Shown one piece after another: positions 58,752 through 64,000 of a stretch of DNA of 64,000 nucleotides. Below the pieces are notes generated by a model, which did not search any database, was not told where the DNA came from, and worked only from the letters and a program-made list of their open reading frames with translations. Position numbers and translations under genes: made by a program. Numbering within the stretch: position 1 is the first letter of the stretch; each line of letters starts with the position of its first letter. Source of the stretch: an uncultured Candidatus Peribacteria bacterium. GTDB lineage: Bacteria > Patescibacteriota > Gracilibacteria > Peribacterales > Peribacteraceae. The stretch covers positions 36,566 to 100,565 of the forward strand of contig CAYOFI010000004.1 of assembly GCA_964403335.1 (NCBI GenBank). The letters run 5' to 3'.

Positions 58752-59717
58752 ATGACCTCTTCAACCTCTGAAAAACAGCTCACGGCAAATCGCAATAACG
58801 CGCTCCTAGGAGGTGTAAAAACGCCACACGGTAAAGCCGTATCTAGTAAGAACGCGATAAAGTACGGGATTTTCTCAAAGGCTGTAGTCCTGGAAGAGAT
58901 TGAGGATGAAGAGCTGTATAAAGATATGCGATCACAATACTTTGGAGAGCTACAACCCGTGGGCATTGTTGAAATGACTCTCGTAGATAGAATTGTTTCG
59001 CTTCAGTGGAGGCTTGCGCGTATCACTAGAGCGGAAAGTGCCATGGTCTTAAAAAGCCGCATGGACACGAGAATGAAGCACACACTTGAGGATGAGCAGC
59101 ACCTACTTCTGCATGCCGAACGGCCTACAATCGACTATGTTGAGCATTTTCGAACAAGCCTCGTATGTAAGTCATTAGTTGATTCAGTTGATAATTTCGT
59201 TACTGCATTGGACTGGTTTGGGCTCCCTTTAAGCCCACATTTTCGTGAGCAGTTGAAAGATAGGTTTGGCACAACCCATGAATTTTCGCAGATTAAACAT
59301 ATCTTAGATTTTGATTTTATTGCTCAGTCGCGGGTACGTGGTATGAAGTTGGAGGCAGTTCTTTGGAAGGATAGGATCGCTGATCCTGAGTTATTAGAAG
59401 ACGATAAGCAGGTATTGAAAAATATGACCAAGATAGCCCGCGAATTCGCAGGATACATGCTGGAAAACGCAAAGGTGCGATTGCGGATGTGGGAGAATAT
59501 GGAATTGCAACGGGACATGGCAGAGGAGGATTCAAGGCTGGTTCCACCAGAGAAGGAAATGCTTGCGATTCACCGTGGGGAATCCAACCTGCACCGAATG
59601 TTTATGCATTCGCTTCACGAGCTTCAAAGGCTCCAAAGTGCCAGACAGGGCAATAAGCCTCCTTTACCTGCTGCGATTGACGTAAACATGAACAATGAAA
59701 ATGGGTTCGATTTGTAA
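58752..59717 (+). CDS. Hypothetical protein (321 aa) with an N-terminal 'ANRNNA..GG.KT..GKA.SS.NA.K.G' motif
   Basis: MTSSTSEKQLTANRNNALLGGVKTPHGKAVSSKNAIKYGIFSK..., then a helical body. The start is the ATG at 58752. Confidence 0.65.
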   Translation: MTSSTSEKQLTANRNNALLGGVKTPHGKAVSSKNAIKYGIFSKAVVLEEIEDEELYKDMRSQYFGELQPVGIVEMTLVDRIVSLQWRLARITRAESAMVLKSRMDTRMKHTLEDEQHLLLHAERPTIDYVEHFRTSLVCKSLVDSVDNFVTALDWFGLPLSPHFREQLKDRFGTTHEFSQIKHILDFDFIAQSRVRGMKLEAVLWKDRIADPELLEDDKQVLKNMTKIAREFAGYMLENAKVRLRMWENMELQRDMAEEDSRLVPPEKEMLAIHRGESNLHRMFMHSLHELQRLQSARQGNKPPLPAAIDVNMNNENGFDL

Positions 59718-59733
59718 AATTACCTCAAATGCC

Positions 59734-60378
59734 ATGTCAACGCTTGAACTCATAATCAAAGAACATCCGAAGAAACCCGATGAGTCTGAACTGGCTTTCT
59801 CTGATCGCGTAGATGAACTTATGATTCGTAAACTCCTCGAAAAGCAGTCTAAAAAGAAGCTAACCCAAGCAGAATATAAAGAAGCAACTGATGTAGAAAA
59901 AAGGGTTAATGGGAGAACTACCCTACAGACAGGATTAATCCCTGTTGCCATTACAGATAAACAATTGAAGCCAGCAGCTGAAAGACTACATCGAGAACTC
60001 ACGGAAGAATTTAAGGGTGATACTACCTCTAAACGACTTCTAATTGACCGTTTAGTGTCTGCATGGAGTATGTCATGGACCTACGAAAAAATGCTCTTTG
60101 GTTCGAAGTATAAGTCGAGTGAAGATGATACGAAGGTCTCATTCAGCTATGAACTAGATAAAACCAAGTACTTAAAGGAGGCGCGGTTAGGAATTGAAAC
60201 AGCAAATGATCAGATAATGCGGCTCACTCAAGCGCTCCAAAATCTCTGTCACCCGCCTATTCAAGTGAAGGCGAAGAACGCCTTTTTCGCTCAAAACCAG
60301 CAAATAAACCAAGGTCACCTGCCTAAAGATTTAGCAGATTCCAAAGAGCATTCCCATGACTCAAAACTCTCTGATTGA
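59734..60378 (+). CDS. Hypothetical protein (about 214 aa)
   Basis: Helical, Lys/Glu-rich ORF. An alternative start at 59695 overlaps the upstream gene. Confidence 0.55.
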   Translation: MSTLELIIKEHPKKPDESELAFSDRVDELMIRKLLEKQSKKKLTQAEYKEATDVEKRVNGRTTLQTGLIPVAITDKQLKPAAERLHRELTEEFKGDTTSKRLLIDRLVSAWSMSWTYEKMLFGSKYKSSEDDTKVSFSYELDKTKYLKEARLGIETANDQIMRLTQALQNLCHPPIQVKAKNAFFAQNQQINQGHLPKDLADSKEHSHDSKLSD

Positions 60379-60652
60379 ACGTGCAGAAAGGCTCTGCATT
60401 CGTGATATACAAGCCGTAATTCCGCAAAATTCCCTCACTGCAATTTTGCAACTTGAGGGAAGGTTTGGCCTTCAGGATGTTCAAGTAGTAGGGATGCTCA
60501 CAAATTTGAGAAACGGGTATAGGTATTACTTTCTCTGTCCACGCTGTGATCAGGCGTTTGTAAGCCTCTATCGCCAGGACTTTGGACAATACGCCTGTCG
60601 GCGTTGTCTGGGTTTGTTCTACGCTTCTTCGATGCGTGTGGAGATCACTTAA
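60356..60652 (+). CDS. Hypothetical zinc-ribbon protein (98 aa)
   Basis: YYFLCPRCDQAFVSLYRQDFGQYACRRCLGLFYAS (CxxC...CxxC). It overlaps the upstream gene by 23 nt. Confidence 0.5.
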   Translation: MTQNSLIERAERLCIRDIQAVIPQNSLTAILQLEGRFGLQDVQVVGMLTNLRNGYRYYFLCPRCDQAFVSLYRQDFGQYACRRCLGLFYASSMRVEIT

Positions 60653-60863
60653 AAGTGATCATGTCGTTCGGCTCCATACCAAACGCCTTTGCGATCTTCT
60701 CCAAAGTGCTGAGCCTCATATCACGCGGCTTTTTGCTCTCGTACCGCTGGTAATACTTGTACTCCATTTTGCACTTACGAGCAGCGTCTTCCTGCGTCCA
60801 GCCACGCTCTTCACGAAGCTCTTTTAAGCGTTTTGCCAACTTTGTTCCTGTGTCTGATGTCAT
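60645..60863 (-). CDS. XRE family helix-turn-helix transcriptional regulator
   Basis: LAKRLKELREERGWTQEDAARKCKMEYKYYQRYESKK...LSTLEKIAKAFGMEPNDM. Confidence 0.88.
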   Translation of the reverse strand: MTSDTGTKLAKRLKELREERGWTQEDAARKCKMEYKYYQRYESKKPRDMRLSTLEKIAKAFGMEPNDMITFK

Positions 60864-60952
60864 CCCTCTAAGTATCGGGATGGTTCGATACTCTTTACAC
60901 CGTCATATGTGACGGTGTAGGCTCCAAGACAACTATTGCCCCCTCACCTTTC

Positions 60953-61699
60953 ATGAAGAGCAATTTCATTAAATATGTCGCTATAGCTAGCTTTATTCTG
61001 AGTCTTTCTCCTCTTGCTTTTGCGGCAAGCACCACCGATGAGAGCGCAACAGTCATGAGGGTAGTCGATGGCGACACCATTCAAGTAAAGCTTTCAACTG
61101 GAAAACTGGAGAAGGTTCGGATCATCGGTATTGATACTCCTGAAACGGTGGACCCGCGCAAAGCAGTCCAATGCTATGGGAAAGAGGCATCTGCAAAAAT
61201 GAAAGCACTACTGAATCGTAAGAAGGTGACACTCGAAAAGAATCCCGCAGAAGATAGGGACAAGTATGGTCGTCTTCTTAGGTATGTGAGTTTCAAGGAG
61301 AAAGACATTGGAGCGCAGATGATCGAGGATGGATTTGCATTTAGTTATAAGAGCTATCCGCACCCACGGCTTGACCAATACAACGAGCTTGAAAAGGTAG
61401 CTTCAGAATCAAAAATTGGTTTATGGGGTGCGAAATGTGATTACTCAAAGTCCATATCAAAGTCCTCTTCTTCGGCTACTACATTGAATCAAAGCAGTGC
61501 TGCATCGTCAGTAAGTTCGGTATCAGGTTCATGCACAATCAAAGGAAATATCAGCAGTAAGAAAGAGAAAATCTACCACGTTGAAGGTTGTGGTAGCTAC
61601 AACGCTACACAAATCGACACTTCAGCTGGTGAGCGTTGGTTTTGCTCTGAGGCAGAGGCACAGGCGGCTGGATGGCGTAAAGCAATGAATTGCAATTAA
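60953..61699 (+). CDS. Secreted thermonuclease (SNase fold) with a Ser-rich linker and a C-terminal Cys-containing 'sunset'-like domain
   Basis: It has a signal peptide, [16 protein letters not shown]...[11 protein letters not shown]...[13 protein letters not shown]...[10 protein letters not shown], and a C-terminal CTIKGNIS...[13 protein letters not shown]...[16 protein letters not shown]. Confidence 0.85.
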   Translation: MKSNFIKYVAIASFILSLSPLAFAASTTDESATVMRVVDGDTIQVKLSTGKLEKVRIIGIDTPETVDPRKAVQCYGKEASAKMKALLNRKKVTLEKNPAEDRDKYGRLLRYVSFKEKDIGAQMIEDGFAFSYKSYPHPRLDQYNELEKVASESKIGLWGAKCDYSKSISKSSSSATTLNQSSAASSVSSVSGSCTIKGNISSKKEKIYHVEGCGSYNATQIDTSAGERWFCSEAEAQAAGWRKAMNCN

Positions 61700-61717
61700 C
61701 CCTCTCTATTTTTTGAT

Positions 61718-62170
61718 ATGGCAGCTACTACCACGCTGATGCGAAAATGCCCTTTCTGTGCCGAAGAGATTAAAACGGAAGCCGTGAAGTGCAAGCATTG
61801 CAAGGCAGACCTCTCAGAGGCTTCCTCTTCTGTGAAGCCGCAAAGCTCAGAAGGCAAAGCCAATCCTCTACAAAGAGCAGGATTCATGAAATCCATTGGC
61901 GTGAGTATCCTGTTTGGCATCGTTATGATCGGTTTAGGAGGACTGATTACCCTTACTGTAGTTGGAAGCATCGTGGGCATTCCAATGATGTTGATTGGAG
62001 GTGGAGCGGTCCTTCTCTCTCCAGTGATGTTCTTGGCTTTGAGCCAAGGCAATTGCCCTTACTGTCAGCATGAAGTGATAATTATGAATGGAAAGAAAGT
62101 AGTGAAATGCACCTCCTGCAAAATCCGCTTTTCCGTCCGTGACGGCTTCCTTCACCGTATTCCCAAATAA
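61718..62170 (+). CDS. Zinc-ribbon membrane protein (150 aa)
   Basis: It has an N-terminal CPFCAEEIKTEAVKCKHC, two TM helices and a second ribbon CPYCQHE...CTSC. Confidence 0.7.
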   Translation: MAATTTLMRKCPFCAEEIKTEAVKCKHCKADLSEASSSVKPQSSEGKANPLQRAGFMKSIGVSILFGIVMIGLGGLITLTVVGSIVGIPMMLIGGGAVLLSPVMFLALSQGNCPYCQHEVIIMNGKKVVKCTSCKIRFSVRDGFLHRIPK

Positions 62171-62173
62171 TCC

Positions 62174-63550
62174 ATGGCAGACACCAAACAATGTCCCTTT
62201 TGCGCTGAAGAGATAAAAATAGATGCTATTCGCTGCAAACACTGCGGCGAAAATTTGGAAGCACCTGCTGCGAAGCCCAAAAAAGCTACGCCATCCCTCA
62301 AGGAAAAGCAGGTATCTGTAAAAGTCCTTGTCTGGGCGCTCATCGGACTTGCGAGCATTCTCTTTTGGTACATCACCATTCCTGGGGTTGTGATCTGGTA
62401 TCTCTATAAGAAACCCCAGCAGCGAGAGAAGGTCATGCGCTTCTTACGAAAGGTGTTTGCTATGTTGCGAAGGCAGTGGAAGATCGTCACACCCGTTGTC
62501 GCTGTTTTCCTGCTCATTGCAGCCGTGCGCAGCTATAGCGCACCGCGAGCCGCAGCCATTGAGCTCAGCGACAAGTATGAGTTCACTGGGAACAGCGTGG
62601 AGATTACGGGAAAGGCTTCAGCACACTGCTCATGCTCTTTAGAGCTCTCGGTAAACGGCAACCCCGTGCAGATCGAGGGCGATGCCTTCAAGACGACTAT
62701 CGATGTCCCAGGCGGCACGGACACTGGCAAGGTGGAAGTCGCTGCGAAGGTGATAGGAGGCAGGTTCAACGCAAAGACCTTGGAAACCACAGTCGAGAGC
62801 GTTTACCAACGGAAGGGTGTTCCTATCGACGTAACGAATATAGTTCTCCAAACAGCAGATACGAAGTATCTGCTGACCCTTCATGGCTTACCCTCTTCGG
62901 TAGTCACGGTGAAAGGCACGGATGAGAAGACGGTCACATTGGACGCAAATGGCAGCGGCTCTATCCTCATGGCCTTCAACACTGCCTACAACGCACAGAC
63001 GATGAAGTATGTGCTCACAGCCAAAGCAGAGGGCTATGCGAACGGGATGAAGGAGGTAGAAGTGAAAAATCTCAAGTATGACGAAAAGCGCGTTGCTGCT
63101 GATCAGGAGAAAGAGCAGAAGAGGCTCGCAGCGGAAACCGAGAAGAAGCGGGTCCAAGATCTCATCGACAACATGCAGTACTACGAGGGCAAGGATGTGA
63201 AAGTAGCCCTGAATACGAAGACTATCCGTAGCAACTGTATAAGTTACAGCTGCGTGAACGATCCTAAAGACTTCACCTACGTGCGCATTGGTGTAGCAGT
63301 TGAGAATGATGGCGGGAGCGTCATTCATGCCAATCCCAACTACATTACAGTTGAAGGCAGTGATGGACGCACCTACACGCACGAATCTGCGACCTACAGC
63401 CGTGGTAACTATTTCGATGCTGTGAACCTGCAACCAGGGGCGAACACCAATGGATGGCTCGCCTTCATCCTGCCAAAGGATGAGCATGAATTCTTGCTCA
63501 TCTATGCAAGCAGCGATGGAACGGTGGCAAAGAAGATGTATGTCCCATGA
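62174..63550 (+). CDS. Zinc-ribbon / TM / Ig-like repeats / DUF4352-like C-terminal domain protein (458 aa)
   Basis: It has an N-terminal CPFCAEEIKIDAIRCKHC and two TM helices. The C-terminus reads VRIGVAVENDGGSVIHANPNYITVEGSDGRTYTHES...NLQPGANTNGWLAFILPKDE. Confidence 0.7.
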   Translation: MADTKQCPFCAEEIKIDAIRCKHCGENLEAPAAKPKKATPSLKEKQVSVKVLVWALIGLASILFWYITIPGVVIWYLYKKPQQREKVMRFLRKVFAMLRRQWKIVTPVVAVFLLIAAVRSYSAPRAAAIELSDKYEFTGNSVEITGKASAHCSCSLELSVNGNPVQIEGDAFKTTIDVPGGTDTGKVEVAAKVIGGRFNAKTLETTVESVYQRKGVPIDVTNIVLQTADTKYLLTLHGLPSSVVTVKGTDEKTVTLDANGSGSILMAFNTAYNAQTMKYVLTAKAEGYANGMKEVEVKNLKYDEKRVAADQEKEQKRLAAETEKKRVQDLIDNMQYYEGKDVKVALNTKTIRSNCISYSCVNDPKDFTYVRIGVAVENDGGSVIHANPNYITVEGSDGRTYTHESATYSRGNYFDAVNLQPGANTNGWLAFILPKDEHEFLLIYASSDGTVAKKMYVP

Positions 63551-63632
63551 TGAGCAAATTTTATTGCACAGAATGTTTGTACTGCGCAATAAAGGCAGAG
63601 ACGGTGTGTAGGCTATTTTCTACTTCTTCCCT

Positions 63633-63761
63633 ATGACACTCACGCCCGAACAGCTGAAGGCAGGTATTGAGTTCTTTCAGATATTGGCGAATATTCAACG
63701 CAGACTACTCCTTGAGGAGAAACAAAAATCAGAGATACAAAAGGAAAATACGAACGAATAA
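63633..63761 (+). CDS. Possible small ORF (42 aa)
   Basis: MTLTPEQLKAGIEFFQILANIQRRLLLEEKQKSEIQKENTNE. This is weak support, based on the ORF only. Confidence 0.2.
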   Translation: MTLTPEQLKAGIEFFQILANIQRRLLLEEKQKSEIQKENTNE

Positions 63762-63886
63762 CTCCCTTAAGAACTACACACCGTCAGTTTTCCTTAATTG
63801 AGTAAGGCAACAGAAGAATGTAACCTTGCAAGGTGGTAAAACCTAGAAAAACTGCGGCAAGAAAAAATACTGCGGGAGGTGCGGCA

Positions 63887-64000
63887 ATGGGTGCTGGTCA
63901 ACGTTTTCAAGCTCAAGCTGCTACGTGGTGGGCAATGCGGATTCTTCTACGAACGCCCGTGGAACAAGCGTTTGGCCTGCCAGCTCAATCTATCCCCGAA
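63887..64000 (+). CDS. 5' part of an ORF truncated by the window end
   Basis: GGGAGG lies 7 nt upstream of the ATG. The ORF reads MGAGQRFQAQAATWWAMRILLRTPVEQAFGLPAQSIPE... An in-frame GTG at 63833 is an alternative start. Confidence 0.45.
   Translation, partial: MGAGQRFQAQAATWWAMRILLRTPVEQAFGLPAQSIPE

Larger units (their letters stand above)
58546..64000. other. Lower-GC accessory island (putative horizontally acquired region; the right end lies beyond the window)
   Basis: There is an abrupt, visible shift to A/T-rich sequence and codons right after the DUF2721 stop. The genes are orphans plus an XRE regulator, a nuclease and zinc-ribbon proteins. Confidence 0.6.

Noticed and set aside
1-64000. 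Alternative genetic code (UGA recoding, as in some candidate phyla)
   Set aside because: TGA functions as a stop at well-defined gene ends, including the hpf/7TM ATGA junction, the ABC exporter and the KGG gene. Family-typical protein lengths are obtained with the standard code.

Overview
This is a 64-kb window from a GC-rich bacterial chromosome. By eye, G+C is high up to about 58.5 kb and clearly lower after that. I support about 75 densely packed protein genes on both strands and one tRNA-Glu(CUC). There is no rRNA and no CRISPR array.

Recognisable content:
- RNA and translation: RumA/RlmD-type, RlmH and RlmI rRNA methyltransferases, a DEAD-box helicase, archaeal-type ProRS, L25/Ctc, HPF/RaiA and a cold-shock protein.
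- Stress and redox: Hsp20 behind a perfect CIRCE element, two nitroreductases, Bcp peroxiredoxin, DoxX, YtxH, and a KGG-repeat mini-protein that is absent from the ORF track.
- Regulators: a TipAL-type MerR regulator, a stand-alone TipAS protein and an orphan PAS histidine kinase.
- Transport: AI-2E, an ABC exporter, VIT1, TerC, TMEM175 and YihY.
- Envelope and polysaccharide: UppP, two GT2 enzymes, a GT-C/PIG-V-like protein, a NodB deacetylase with a CBM, a GH26-like hydrolase, a class-A-like serine hydrolase, a matrixin and a pilin-like beta-helix protein.
- DNA: topoisomerase IB and Ogt.

Most interesting observations:
1. An hpf / 7TM / (RimK-related ATP-grasp fused to a DUF1704 'HExxxH+QEGLA', MATCAP-like carboxypeptidase) operon. 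A second free DUF1704 paralog lies elsewhere in the window.
2. A tightly coupled four-gene operon of large orphan coiled-coil / Gly-rich-hydrophobic proteins at 31.6-36.0 kb. An internally duplicated orphan behind an AT-rich promoter lies nearby.
3. A recurring class of intergenic hairpins whose arms are tandem 7- or 9-nt repeats. There are four families, each present at two or more loci. They start within a few nt of stop codons, and several share a GTAC...TTCCAT loop core. GC-rich REP-like palindromes are also present, one flanked by a 12-bp duplication of the rlmI stop region.
4. A bona fide-looking PRMT homolog with a double-E loop and a THW loop.
5. A Trp/Cys/Ser-rich small ORF.
6. A lower-GC accessory island from about 58.55 kb to the window end. 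It carries orphan genes, an XRE regulator, a thermonuclease and paired zinc-ribbon membrane proteins.

Shine-Dalgarno motifs are almost absent, and several genes have -10-like hexamers 6-8 nt from the ATG, which is leaderless geometry. All calls come from reading the sequence and recalling motifs. No searches or computations were run.
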